Source: an uncultured Acidobacteriota bacterium (GTDB lineage: Bacteria > Acidobacteriota > Thermoanaerobaculia > UBA5066). Taken from it: a stretch of DNA of 64,000 bases. Positions 50,890-61,195 of this stretch are shown here, piece after piece. Positions within the stretch are counted from its first letter, which is position 1. Each line of letters opens with the position of its first letter. The translations under genes and the position numbers were made by a program. The notes beneath the pieces are model-generated. The model ran no database searches. It saw nothing but the letters and a program-made list of their open reading frames with translations, and was not told the DNA's origin. The stretch spans positions 1,632,001-1,696,000 of the forward strand of contig CAVZYA010000002.1 in NCBI GenBank assembly GCA_963779415.1, in the 5' to 3' direction.

Positions 50890-53281
50890 TTAGTGCATTG
50901 CCAGCGGCGCCCCTTTCGGCAGCTTCACAGTGCGACAAATCCGCGCGAGGAGGTCGTCAAATCGTGGCTCTCCCCGGAAAAGGCCGAAGATCGGGTCGGT
51001 CGTGCACGCGAACGACAACATGGGCGTCCGCTCTTCGAACCCACGCTCCAGGGCGTGATAGGCATCCTTCTTCTCCCCCAGGCCCAGGTGGACGAGGGCG
51101 AGCTGGTAGGGCGACACGTAGCGGGCTTTCGAGAGGTCTTGGAGCTCGCGGAGGATCCGGCGGGAGTCGTCGCGCCGCCCCGCCTGCCCGTAGGCAAGGC
51201 CTAGGCAGGCGAGAAAGTTCAGATTCCGGCCCGAGGGCTCAATCGTCGCCTCGAAATCGGCGACGGCGCGCTGAGGCTTCCCTGCGGCCAGGTAGGCCTG
51301 CCCCTGATCCAGCGGACGAGGAAGTTACCTGGGCTCCGGGCAAGAGCCTGTCCGCACTCCTCAATCGCCCGGTCGAACCGGCGCTCGAAATTGAGAATCG
51401 CGCAGCCGTTGATGTCGTTCCATGGCGAGAACGGGTCAAGCTCGCGCGCAGTCTTCAGGTGCTCGCGCGCCTCGCCGAAACGGTCAAGGAAGAAATAGAG
51501 GAGCTGCGCGTACAAACCGTGTGCGGCCGCATATCCCGGCCGCAGCTCCAGGGCCTTCCGGTAATGACGCTCGGCGGCCTCCACGTCCCACTCCCCGTCC
51601 AGTGCGATCACGGCCCGGGCGTTATGAGCCTCCGGTAGGTGGTCGTCGAGCTCGAGGGCCTTTCGGGCCGCGCCGAGCGCTTCGTCCTGCACGGAGCCGG
51701 GCGGGACGAACTCGAAACCAGTTTCCGCCAGCGTCCACGTCGCCTCTGCCAGCCCCGCCCAGCCTGGTGCGTAAAGGGAGTCCAGCTCCGTCGCCCGCTT
51801 GAAGAAGTCGATCGCGGCCCGTAATTCTTTCTCGGTTGCTCCGTGCTCGAGGAGAGGCCGTCCCTTTAGCACGGCCTCGTAGGCTCCTGGGTCCACCTTC
51901 CGCTGGGAGGCAAGCCGCTGGCTTTCCTGCGGCGACACCTGCACCCGGATTTCGCTGGCGATGGCGCGCACCACCTCCCCTTGCAGCGCCAGTACATCCG
52001 TCATCTCGCGTTCGTAGTTGCTGGCCCAGAGGTGCCGGTCCTGCTGCGCGTTTATGAGCTGCGCCGTGATTCTGACTCGCGAGCCGGAGCGCACCACAGA
52101 GCCCTCGACGATCCCTTCGACCCCCAGTTCTCTTGCGATCTCGGAAATTGTCTTTTTCGAGTCCTTGTACTGCATCGCCGACGTCCGGGAGATCACCTTC
52201 AGGGCGCGGATCTGCGCGAGATCCGCGATGAGCGCATCCGTCATCCCGTCTGCGAAGAAGTCCTGAGAGGCGTCGCCGGAGTAGTTCTTGAGGGGAAGGA
52301 CGGCGAGGGACTGGATCGGTGTGGCGCCGGCGGGCTTCGATGCGAAAGGCTTCAGGACGAGCACGATGGCGGCCGCCGCCAGTAGGGCTGCCGCGAGCGC
52401 GGCGATCAAGACCCAGCGCCTCCTCGCGACAGGCTGCGATGGCGGTGTTGCCATAGCCAGCGCACCGGGCCGGGTCCTCAGCTCCTCGGCCAGGTCCGAA
52501 AGCTCGTGCCGAAGATCGCGAGCCGACTGGATGCGCGCGCGCGGGTCCTTTTCGAGACAGTGCTCGACGATCCTGACGTAGGCGGCCGGGAGGTCGGTCC
52601 GGATCCCTTCGAGCGGCGGAGGGTCTTCCTTGAGGATGGAGGCGGCGATCTCGGCTCCGGTCGCCCCCGTGAAGGGCCGCCGGCCGCTCGCCAGCTCGTA
52701 GAGCAATGCGCCGAAGGAGAAGATGTCAGCCCGCGCGTCGGCCTTCTCGCCCCGAAGCTGCTCCGGAGCCATGTAGGGCACCGTGCCGAAGATGTTCCCT
52801 GCCGCCGTCAGCGCCTCCGTCACCGACTCGGTGTGGAGGGACGGCGAAGATGACGGAGCCGAGACCCGGGCGAGGCCGAAGTCGAGAATCTTCGGCGGCC
52901 CTCGTCGTTGACCATCACGTTTCCCGGCTTGAGGTCCCTGTGAACGACGCCGCGGGCGTGGGCGGCGGCGAGGGCGTCGGCGATCGGGATCGCCCAGTCG
53001 AGGATCTTCTTCAAAGAAAGCCCGCCCGGCTCGATCAGCTCCGAGAGCGCCCGGCCCTGTATCCGCTCCATCGCGAGGAAGCGGATGCCGCCGGCTTCCT
53101 CGATGCCATAGAGCGTGACGATGTTCGGGTGATTGAGGGCGGCGACGGCCTTTGCCTCGCGCTCGAAGCGGGCGAGGCGGTCGGGATCAGCGGCCACCTC
53201 GGACCGAAGGATCTTCAAGGCGACAAGGCGGTCGAGACGCGTGTCCCGAGCCTCGTAAACCTCCCCCATCCCTCCGGCACC
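50890..53281 (-). pseudogene. Ser/Thr kinase-TM-TolB-like/TPR protein, 5'-truncated and frameshifted
   Basis: GAGGMGEVY, VALK, HRDLKPGN, DFGLAR, YMAPEQ, SLAVLPL..FADGMTD, TPRs, spread over at least 3 frames. No start codon seen before the Gly-rich loop. Confidence 0.75.
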
Positions 53282-53346
53282 GGGTCCGGACGCGGGCGTA
53301 GACTTTCGTCGGGAAGCCGGAGAGGCTGACCCGGCGAGGTGAAGTC

Positions 53347-53562
53347 ATGGCCGAGAGCGTCTACAAGATCATCGAGCTCGTCGGTACGAGCAAGGAGTCG
53401 TGGGAAAAGGCCGCGGCGGCGGCCGTGGCGGTCGCGTCGAAGAGCCTTCGCGACCTCCGGATCGCCGAGGTCTGCCAGCTCGACATGCAGGTCGAGGGAG
53501 GAAAGGTCACCGCTTACCGGGCGAAGGTCAAGGTCTCCTTCAAGTACACGCCCGGGAAGTGA
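53347..53562 (+). CDS. Dodecin (flavin-binding protein)
   Basis: SVYKIIELVGTSKESWEKA...YRAKVKVSFKY. Confidence 0.93.
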   Translation: MAESVYKIIELVGTSKESWEKAAAAAVAVASKSLRDLRIAEVCQLDMQVEGGKVTAYRAKVKVSFKYTPGK

Positions 53563-55005
53563 GTGCCGCGTCTCGCTGACGGCGCCACGACAGGCGGGAC
53601 GGGAAGCGCCCGGCTCGAGCGGCGGCTCGGGGCGTGGGACGGGGCGCTCCTGACCATCGGATCGGTCGTCGGGACGGGGATCTTCCTCACGACCGGAGAC
53701 ATGGCGAAGGCCCTGCCGCACGCGGGGCTGATCCTCCTCGTCTGGCTCCTCGGAGGGCTCCTCACCCTCGCGGGCGCCCTCACCTACGCCGAGCTGGGAG
53801 TCCTCTTCCCGCGTGCGGGCGGCATCTACCATTTCCTCAAGGAAGCCTTCGGCCCGTTCGTCGGCTTCCTCTACGGCTGGACCTCGTTCGTCGTGATCAT
53901 GTCGGGGGGGGTCGCGGCGATCGCCGTCGGATTCGGGGAGTACTTCGGGGCTTTCGTCCCGGCCTTCGCCCCCGCGCGGCTCCTCGTCGAGATTCCCCTC
54001 GGTCCCCTCACGTGGAAGATCGCCGGGCCGCAGGCCTCGGGCGCGATCGCGATCCTTCTCCTGACGCTTCTCAACCACGCCGGCCTTCGCGAAGGGGCGG
54101 CCGTGCAGAACTTCCTCACCGTGGCGAAAGGGGGCGCGCTCCTCGTCCTCGCCCTTCTCGGGCTCGGGGGGATCGGCGCCGTCTGGCACGCGGCCACCGC
54201 GCCGGTCGACCTCTCCCTGCGAATGCTCATCGCCGGTCTCGGCAGCGCGATGGTCGCCTCGCTCTGGACGTACGACGGGTGGTACGCGCTGACGCTCTCG
54301 GCGGGCGAGGTGCGAAACCCTTCGCGCGACCTTCCCCGAGGCCTCGTCGGCGGGACGGCGGCGGTCGTGGCGCTCTACCTCCTCGTCAACCTGACGTACC
54401 TCCGGGCCCTCCCGATCGACCAGCTCGGCCGGACGACGCGCGTGGCCGAGGCGGCCGCCGAGGCGCTGCTGGGGCCGGCGGGCGCCCGGCTCGTCACCGC
54501 GACGATCGCCGTCTCCATGCTCGGCTGCCTCGCCGCGACGATCCTCTACGCCTCGCGCCTCTACGTGCCGATGGCCGAGGACGGGGTCTTTTTTGCGGCG
54601 GCGGGGCGTGTCGATCCGGTGCGCCATACCCCCACCGGCGCTCTCTGGATGCAGGGGGTCTGGAGCGCCCTTCTCGCGGCGACGGGCGGGTACCGCTCGC
54701 TCTACACGTGGGCCACTTTCGCGGTCGTCCTCTTCAACGTGGCCGGCGGGACGGCCCTCTTCGTCCTCCGACGCACGAGACCCGATGCCGACCGCCCGTA
54801 CCGTGCGTGGGGCTATCCGGTCGTTCCGGCGTCGTTCCTCCTCGCCTGCCTCGCTCTCACCGTCGCCACTCTCTTCCAGAGCCCGGTCGAATCGGGTTTG
54901 GGCCTCGCCGTCGTGGCCTCGGGCGTGCCGGCGTGGCTCTGGTGGCGGAGGCCGAAGGGACGGCGTCCCGCGGCGCTTGACAGGCCGAGAGGCGGCAATC
55001 AATAG
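53563..55005 (+). CDS. APC-family amino acid permease
   Basis: GSVVGTGIF, AELG..FPRAGG, YDGW, EVRNPSRDLP, RPYRAWGYP; about 12 TM helices. Confidence 0.93.
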   Translation: MPRLADGATTGGTGSARLERRLGAWDGALLTIGSVVGTGIFLTTGDMAKALPHAGLILLVWLLGGLLTLAGALTYAELGVLFPRAGGIYHFLKEAFGPFVGFLYGWTSFVVIMSGGVAAIAVGFGEYFGAFVPAFAPARLLVEIPLGPLTWKIAGPQASGAIAILLLTLLNHAGLREGAAVQNFLTVAKGGALLVLALLGLGGIGAVWHAATAPVDLSLRMLIAGLGSAMVASLWTYDGWYALTLSAGEVRNPSRDLPRGLVGGTAAVVALYLLVNLTYLRALPIDQLGRTTRVAEAAAEALLGPAGARLVTATIAVSMLGCLAATILYASRLYVPMAEDGVFFAAAGRVDPVRHTPTGALWMQGVWSALLAATGGYRSLYTWATFAVVLFNVAGGTALFVLRRTRPDADRPYRAWGYPVVPASFLLACLALTVATLFQSPVESGLGLAVVASGVPAWLWWRRPKGRRPAALDRPRGGNQ

Positions 55006-55034
55006 TCGTCGAAAGAGAGAAAGCGGAGATCCTT

Positions 55035-55679
55035 TTGTACGCAGAGATGCAGGAAGCCGTCGTCCAGGGGGATGCGGCCCGGGCGAGGAGGCTGGCCGAA
55101 GCCGTCGTGAACGGCGGGGGGGACCTCGTCGCGGCGATCGAGCAGGGGTTCGCCGCCGGGATCCGGAAGGTGGGTGACCTCTGGGAAGAAGGAGAGTACT
55201 TCCTTCCCGAGCTGGTCCAGGGTGCAGAGGCGATGAAGGCCGCCATGGGGGTCCTCCAGCCCGCGCTTCGGAAAGCCCACGGCGCGAAGGCCTCGAAGGG
55301 GCGGGTCGTCATCGGCACGGTTCAGGGAGACCTCCACGACATCGGGAAGACCCTCGTCGCAACGCTCCTTTCGGCGGGGGGGTTCGAGGTGGACGACCTC
55401 GGCAGCGACGTCCCCGTCGACCGCTTCCTCGCACGGGCAAAGGAAAACGGCGCCGACATCATCGCCGCCTCGGCCCTCCTGACCACCACCATGCCGGTCC
55501 AGAAAGCGATCGCCGAAGGGATCCCGTCCCTTGGGCTCGCCCCGCAGCCCCGGCTTCTCGTCGGTGGCGCGCCGACGACGGCGGCCTGGGCTGCGGAGAT
55601 CGGCGCGGGCTGGGCGGAGAACGCCCTTCGCGCCGTCGCGGTGGCCGAGGCGCTCGTGAACTCCGCCCGGCGCGCGTGA
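55035..55679 (+). CDS. Corrinoid (B12-binding) protein, MttC/MtbC-like
   Basis: Cap domain YFLPELV; GDLHDIGK (DxHxxG), SALLTTT, VGGAP. Exact start uncertain. Confidence 0.92.
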   Translation: MYAEMQEAVVQGDAARARRLAEAVVNGGGDLVAAIEQGFAAGIRKVGDLWEEGEYFLPELVQGAEAMKAAMGVLQPALRKAHGAKASKGRVVIGTVQGDLHDIGKTLVATLLSAGGFEVDDLGSDVPVDRFLARAKENGADIIAASALLTTTMPVQKAIAEGIPSLGLAPQPRLLVGGAPTTAAWAAEIGAGWAENALRAVAVAEALVNSARRA

Positions 55680-56566
55680 ACGCCTTCGCCGAGCGCCTGC
55701 GCCTCCGCGAGACGACCCTCCTGGACGGGGGCCTCGGTAGCCTGCTCATCGCGCGGGGGCTCGCTCCGGGCGCGGCGCCCGAGTCGTGGGTCCTTTCGCG
55801 CCCCGACGACGTCCGCCGCGCGCACGGCGACTACGCTTCCGCCGGGAGCGACGCGGTTCACGCGGCGACTTTCGGGGCGAACCCGATCCGTCTCGCGAGG
55901 TTCTCTCTGGCCGACCGGTGCGAGGCCGTGAACGGAGAGGCCGTCCGGCTGGCCCGTGAGTCCGGCGCGCGTTTCGTCCTGGCGGACGTCGGCCCGACGG
56001 GCGAGTACCTCCCTCCGGTCGGGACGGGCGACCCGCAAGCCTGGAGAGCCGCGTTCCTTCGGCAGGGGCGGGCGCTGGCCGCAGCCGCGCCGGACGCTCT
56101 CCACGTCGAGACGATGACGGACCTGCGCGAGGCCCTGATCGCGCTCGAAGCCCTTCACGAAACCGCGCCGTCGCTCGCCGTGCTGGTCTCGCTGACCTTC
56201 GAGAAGAAGAAGCGGGGCTTCTTCACGATCATGGGGGACCCGCTGGCGAAATCGCTCCGGACGCTCGCCGAAGCCGGGGCCGTCGCCGTCGGCGCGAACT
56301 GCACGCTCGCGAGCGGAGAGATGCGGCCTCTCGCCGAGGAGGCCCGGGCTGCCGTGGATCTGCCTCTCGTCATCCAGCCCAATGCAGGGTCGCCGGAGAT
56401 GCGGAACGGCTCGGTCTTCTACTCGCAGTCGCCCGAGGCCTTCGCCGAGGAGATGGCGTTCGTTGCATCTCTCGGCGTCGAGCTGGTGGGGGGATGCTGC
56501 GGAACCGACCCTCGCTTCATACGTGCCCTCGGGAACCGCCTCGACTCGAAGAGGCCCCGGCCGTGA
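55676..56566 (+). CDS. Homocysteine S-methyltransferase domain protein (stand-alone MetH Hcy domain)
   Basis: LLDGG, TFGAN, ETM, and Zn ligands GANC and GGCCGT; PNAG. Confidence 0.92.
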   Translation: MNAFAERLRLRETTLLDGGLGSLLIARGLAPGAAPESWVLSRPDDVRRAHGDYASAGSDAVHAATFGANPIRLARFSLADRCEAVNGEAVRLARESGARFVLADVGPTGEYLPPVGTGDPQAWRAAFLRQGRALAAAAPDALHVETMTDLREALIALEALHETAPSLAVLVSLTFEKKKRGFFTIMGDPLAKSLRTLAEAGAVAVGANCTLASGEMRPLAEEARAAVDLPLVIQPNAGSPEMRNGSVFYSQSPEAFAEEMAFVASLGVELVGGCCGTDPRFIRALGNRLDSKRPRP

Positions 56567-57297
56567 CCGGTCTCCGCGAGCAGGACAAGAAGCCCCCTGC
56601 CGCCGTCTCCAACCCGGGGCCTCCTGTGATCGTCCCTTCGATTCGGCTCTCCATCCTGGAGAGCGACGTCCTCCACTTCCTCGGCTATCCGAAGGGGCGG
56701 CGGCCGGCGGCTCGGCTCGAGCCCGTTCTCGAAGGCGTCCTTCGCGAAGCGAGAAAGCTCGCCGCCGCGCGCGGCGCGTTCCGGACGCTGCCCGTCTCCT
56801 CGGCCGCCGAAATCGGGCTGGAGGAGGAGGAGGCCGACGGGCTCGTTCTCGGCCTCGTCACTGCGGGGGGTGGGATCGAGCGGCGCGTGACGGAGCTTCT
56901 CGGCCGGGGAGAGGATTCCCGCGCCCTCCTGCTGGATGCCGCCGGAAGCGCCGCTGCCGAGGAAGCCGCGAACCGGCTGAGCGTCAGGGTCGTCGGCGGC
57001 AGGAGAGACGGGGACCTCGACGTCGGCTGTCGGGTCAGTCCCGGATACGGCCGCTGGCCCCTCTCTGCCCAGAAAGCCCTTCTCGCGCGTCTCCCTCACG
57101 AGACGCTCGGCGTGTCGCTTAATCCTTCGATGATGATGACTCCACGCAAGTCGATCTCCTTCGCCCTCTGGCTCGGCGCGAAAAGGGCGCCGAGGTCCGG
57201 GCTCTCGGGATGCGACACGTGCGGCCTGCCGCACTGTCGCTACCGCCGCTCCGCCGGGGGCAGGAGATCACGTTCTTCCCGCGAGGTGACGAGTTGA
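56563..57297 (+). CDS. B12-dependent methionine synthase activation-domain protein
   Basis: LLDAAGSAAAE, SPGYG.WPL..Q, MMTPRKSIS, C-terminal CDTCGLPHCRYR. Confidence 0.85.
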   Translation: MTGLREQDKKPPAAVSNPGPPVIVPSIRLSILESDVLHFLGYPKGRRPAARLEPVLEGVLREARKLAAARGAFRTLPVSSAAEIGLEEEEADGLVLGLVTAGGGIERRVTELLGRGEDSRALLLDAAGSAAAEEAANRLSVRVVGGRRDGDLDVGCRVSPGYGRWPLSAQKALLARLPHETLGVSLNPSMMMTPRKSISFALWLGAKRAPRSGLSGCDTCGLPHCRYRRSAGGRRSRSSREVTS

Positions 57298-58757
57298 TGG
57301 CATCGCAAGTGAGGCCCACGGTTTCCCTCCTCTCTTCCGACGACGTCGAGACCATCGTCCAGGAAGCCTGTGACGTCCTCTCCGAAACGGGAGTTCTCGT
57401 CGAGAACCATGACGGACGGCTCCTTCTCCGGGACGGGGGAGCCACGGAAGCCAGCGGTCGCTTCAGGATTCCGGAGGCCATGGCTCGCCGGGCGCTGGCG
57501 ACGGTTCCGCCGCGCATCGAGCTTTTCGACCGGGACGGCGCTCCCGCGATGGACCTGGGCGGAGACCGAGTCCACTTCGATCCCGGCTCGGCGGCCATCC
57601 ACCTCTTCGACGCCTCCACGCGGCGGCGCCGGGCGATCTCGACCCGCGACGTCGTCCGGTTCGCCCGCCTCGTCGACGGCCTGCCGAACTACGCCGCCCA
57701 GTCGACGGCCCTGACGCCGGGCGACGTCCCGGGCGAGGTGGCGGACCGGTACCGCCTCTACCTGATTCTCCGCTCTGCCCGCAAGCCGGTGGTCACCGGC
57801 ACCTTCAGGAAGGACGGCTTCGCCCCGATGCGCGAATTGCTCCTCGCCGCGCGTGGGAGCGACACCGAGCTGAGGCGCCGTCCGCTCGCCATCTTCGACT
57901 GCTGCCCCAGCCCTCCGCTGAAATGGAGCGACCTGACCGGACAGGCGCTCGTCGACTGCGCCCGCTCGGGGATCCCCGCGGAGCTGGTCTCCATGCCGCT
58001 GGCGGGCGCCACCTCGCCGGTCACCCTTCGCGAGGCGGTCGTCCAGCAGTGCGCGGAGAACCTGAGCGGTGTCGTCATCCACCAGCAGGCGGCTGCCGGC
58101 TCGCCGCTGATCTGGGGCGGCTCGCCCGCGGCGATGGACATGCGCCACGGCACGACCCCGATGGGCGCCGTCGAGACGATGATGATCGACCTCGCCGCGT
58201 CGCAGGTGGGGAAGCGGCTCGGCCTCCCGACGCACGCCTACATGGGGCTGTCGGACTCGAAGTGTCCCGACTATCAGGCGGGCTTCGAAAGCGGGATCGG
58301 AACGATCCTCGCGGCGCTGGCCGGCATCAACGTCGTCTCGGGCCCCGGAATGCTCGACTTCGAGATCTGTCAGTCGTTCGAGAAGCTCCTTCTGGATCAC
58401 GACGTCTGCGGCATGGCGCTGCGGCTCGTCCGCGGGATCGACCACCGCGAGGGGGATGCCGCCGCCCTGATCCGGCAGGTCGTCGAGTCGTCCGAGTTCC
58501 TCTCGCACCCCCACACCCGGAAACACTGGAGGGAGGAGCTGACCGTCCCGTCGGGGCTCGTGGCCCGCGACACGTACGGCGACTGGGAGGCCCGTGGCGC
58601 GCCCTGGGCTCACGAGGAGGCCGCGAAGGAGGTCGAGCGCCGGCTCTCGAAGTGCCCGCCCCGCCCCCCGTCGCCCGACGTGACGCACGCTCTCGACGGG
58701 ATCATGCGGCACGAGGTCCGCGCCGCCGGCCTCTCGGAGCTCCCCTCCCTCGAGTGA
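57297..58757 (+). CDS. Trimethylamine methyltransferase (MttB) superfamily, non-pyrrolysine
   Basis: PSPPL, PLAGATSPVT, AENLSG, MDMRHG, HAYMGLSDSK, QAGFE, GPGML, FLSHPHT. No in-frame TAG. Confidence 0.92.
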   Translation: MASQVRPTVSLLSSDDVETIVQEACDVLSETGVLVENHDGRLLLRDGGATEASGRFRIPEAMARRALATVPPRIELFDRDGAPAMDLGGDRVHFDPGSAAIHLFDASTRRRRAISTRDVVRFARLVDGLPNYAAQSTALTPGDVPGEVADRYRLYLILRSARKPVVTGTFRKDGFAPMRELLLAARGSDTELRRRPLAIFDCCPSPPLKWSDLTGQALVDCARSGIPAELVSMPLAGATSPVTLREAVVQQCAENLSGVVIHQQAAAGSPLIWGGSPAAMDMRHGTTPMGAVETMMIDLAASQVGKRLGLPTHAYMGLSDSKCPDYQAGFESGIGTILAALAGINVVSGPGMLDFEICQSFEKLLLDHDVCGMALRLVRGIDHREGDAAALIRQVVESSEFLSHPHTRKHWREELTVPSGLVARDTYGDWEARGAPWAHEEAAKEVERRLSKCPPRPPSPDVTHALDGIMRHEVRAAGLSELPSLE

Positions 58758-58766
58758 TCCCGTCAA

Positions 58767-58794
58767 AGCCGTCGGGGTCAAGCCGTCGGGGTCA
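58767..58794. repeat. Tandem repeat AGCCGTCGGGGTCA x2 at the left element tip
   Basis: Exact copies at 58767-58780 and 58781-58794. Confidence 0.9.
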
Positions 58795-59840
58795 GGCACC
58801 AATTTTCTATTATACGAAACGGACGATCCGAAGGGTCAGGTCTCATTTTTCTGGTATTCTGTAAGGCATGAGCCGTCCCCTTCGACTCGAGTTCGCCGGA
58901 GCCCTCTGGCACGTCACTTCCCGCGGGAATGAGAAGCGGGAGATCTTCCGCGACGAGGCGGACCGCGAGATGTTCCTCGCGATCCTCGGCCGGACGGTCG
59001 GCCTGTTCCGCTGGACGCTCCACGCGTACGTCCTCTTGGGAAACCACTTTCACCTCCTCGTCGAGACGCCGGAGCCGACGCTCTCGCGCGGGATGAGGCA
59101 GCTGAACGGCCTCTATACGCAGGCCTTCAACCGCCGACACCGGCGTGTCGGGCATCTGCTTCAAGGACGCTTCAAGTCCGTCCTCGTCGACAAGGAGACG
59201 CACTTCCTCGAACTCTCCCGGTACCTCGCTCTGAACCCGGTCCGGGCGGGGGCCGCCCGCTCGGCCCGCGCCTGGCCCTGGAGCAGCTACCGCGCGACCG
59301 CCGGCCTTGCTGCGGCGCCGGCATGGCTGGAGACCGACGCGACCCTCCGGCGTTTCGGGGCGAAGAAGGGCCCGGCCGAGGAGGCGTACCGGAAGTTCGT
59401 CGCCGACGGGAAGAACTCCGGGTACGACCCCTGGGAGCAGGTACAGGGACAGGTCTATCTCGGATCGGACGATTTCGTCGAGGCGGCCGAGAGGCGCGCC
59501 GAGGGACGCGGGGAGGCAGGGAAAGCGCGCCGTCCGCGACTCGTGCGATCGGGCTCGCTTTCCGAGCGGCTCGAGGAGGGGGCGGAGCGCCTCGGGGTTT
59601 CTCTGGAGGAGATGAAGCAGCATCCCCGTTGGCACATCCGCGAGCGGCGTCTCCTCGCGTGGGACGTCCGGCGGCGCGGCCTCTTCCGCCTTCAGGAGAT
59701 CGGCGCGGCGCTCGGCGTCGGGGCCGCCCAGGTCTCGGTGCTCATCCGGGGAGGCGAAGCGCTGGCCGCCTCCGGAGACCGCCTTGCACGGAAGCTCCTT
59801 ACCGGCCGGCCGCTATAATTGAAAATAGGTACCTGACCCC
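58788..59840 (+). mobile_element. Y1/HUH RAYT-like element with 28-bp inverted repeats and a second inner left motif
   Basis: IR 58788-58815 vs 59813-59840 match at 24/28. Extra GGGTCAGGTCTC motif at 58833. Confidence 0.85.
58868..59818 (+). CDS. Y1 (HUH) tyrosine transposase, RAYT/TnpA_REP-like
   Basis: WHVTSRGNEK, NHFHLL, GRFKS, RYLALNPVRAG, WPWSSY. Paralog of the 15097 CDS. Confidence 0.92.
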   Translation: MSRPLRLEFAGALWHVTSRGNEKREIFRDEADREMFLAILGRTVGLFRWTLHAYVLLGNHFHLLVETPEPTLSRGMRQLNGLYTQAFNRRHRRVGHLLQGRFKSVLVDKETHFLELSRYLALNPVRAGAARSARAWPWSSYRATAGLAAAPAWLETDATLRRFGAKKGPAEEAYRKFVADGKNSGYDPWEQVQGQVYLGSDDFVEAAERRAEGRGEAGKARRPRLVRSGSLSERLEEGAERLGVSLEEMKQHPRWHIRERRLLAWDVRRRGLFRLQEIGAALGVGAAQVSVLIRGGEALAASGDRLARKLLTGRPL

Positions 59841-59864
59841 CGTCCTTTGACCCCTGTCCTTTGA
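59834..59864. repeat. Tandem repeat TGACCCCYGTCCTT x2 at the right element tip
   Basis: Copies at 59834-59847 and 59848-59861, then TGA. Confidence 0.88.
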
Positions 59865-59874
59865 AGGACCCGTC

Positions 59875-61161
59875 ATGGAGAGATGGAGGCAGAAGACGTT
59901 CGAGGCGATCGTCATCGGGTCGGGCCCCGGCGGAGCCGCCGTCGCGGCCGGGTTGAGCCGTCAGGGGAAGAAAGTCCTGATCCTGGAATGGGGTCAGGGG
60001 ACACCGGTCAGGGGGACGATGCTCCAGAGCATCGCCATGGCCATGGTGCCGGGGCGCAGCCTCCTCATCACCCAGGAACTCCTCGCGCTCGTCCGCGGCA
60101 TCACCGTCGGAGGGAGCTCCATCATGGCCTATGCGACGGCGTTCGATCCGCCGTATGGGATGTTCGAAGCGAGGAAGATCGACATCCGGCCGGAGGTCGA
60201 GGAGACCAGGAGGGAGCTGCCGATCGCTCCGCTCGCGGAGGGTCTCGTGGGCCCCGCCGCCCGTCGCCTCATGGCCAGTGCACGGGATCTGGGGCTCGCC
60301 TGGACGACCTTGCCGAAGATCGTCTTCCAGGACAAGTGCCGCTCCGGCTGTGACAAGTGCACGATGGGATGCCCCTACGGCGCCAAGTGGACGGCCCGCG
60401 CCTACATCGACGAGGCGTGCGCTCGAGGCTCGGAGCTTCTGACCGGAGCCCGCGTCCGGAGCGTGACGGTCCAGAACGACCGCGCGACGGGAGTCCTCTT
60501 CTCGAAGGGCGGAACCAGCTACCGGGTGTCGGCGCCGGTCGTCATCGTGGCGGCAGGGGGCATCGGCACGCCGCTCATTCTCCGCGCATCCGGCATTCCC
60601 GATGCCGGACACGACTTCTTCTTCGATCCGCTGATCGTCGTGATGGGAACCGTGGACGACCTGGACGGTGGAAGGGAATTCCCCATGGCCGCCGGTTTTC
60701 ACGATCCCCGCGAAGGCTACGTCCTCACCGATCTCGTATGGCCCGGATGGCTCTACCGGCTCTTCACGGCGCAGGCGCTCCGGCCGGACCGCCTCGGAGC
60801 TCACGCCCGAACGCTCCCCGTCATGGTGAAGATCAAGGACGATCTCGGTGGCCGCCTCACCCCCCGCGGCGGCGTCCGGAAGCGGCTGACCGAAAACGAT
60901 CGGACGAGACTCCGGCGGGGCGCCGATGTGGCGAAGAGGATCCTCGAGAACGCCGGAGCCCGCCACATCTTCCGTACCCGCTGCATGGCCGTCCATCCGG
61001 GCGGGACGGCAAAGATCGGCGACGTTGTGAACCCGGATCTCCGAACGCGGTTCGAGAACCTCTACGTCTGCGACTGCTCGGTCATTCCGGAGTCGTGGGG
61101 CCTCCCCCCCACGCTCACCCTGATCGCGCTGGGCAAGCGCCTGGTCCGCCATCTCGCCTGA
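59875..61161 (+). CDS. GMC-family FAD oxidoreductase
   Basis: IGSGPGG, VGGSS, C...C..C..GCPYGAK, AAGGIGTP, HPGGT, NLYVCDCS, PPTLT. Confidence 0.9.
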   Translation: MERWRQKTFEAIVIGSGPGGAAVAAGLSRQGKKVLILEWGQGTPVRGTMLQSIAMAMVPGRSLLITQELLALVRGITVGGSSIMAYATAFDPPYGMFEARKIDIRPEVEETRRELPIAPLAEGLVGPAARRLMASARDLGLAWTTLPKIVFQDKCRSGCDKCTMGCPYGAKWTARAYIDEACARGSELLTGARVRSVTVQNDRATGVLFSKGGTSYRVSAPVVIVAAGGIGTPLILRASGIPDAGHDFFFDPLIVVMGTVDDLDGGREFPMAAGFHDPREGYVLTDLVWPGWLYRLFTAQALRPDRLGAHARTLPVMVKIKDDLGGRLTPRGGVRKRLTENDRTRLRRGADVAKRILENAGARHIFRTRCMAVHPGGTAKIGDVVNPDLRTRFENLYVCDCSVIPESWGLPPTLTLIALGKRLVRHLA

Positions 61162-61195
61162 CTGCTCCCGCCGCGCATATCTCCCGAGGCCGCGC

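Noticed and set aside
57297-58757. Pyrrolysine recoding in MttB
   Set aside because: No in-frame TAG; the equivalent position is Leu and there are no pyl genes in the window.
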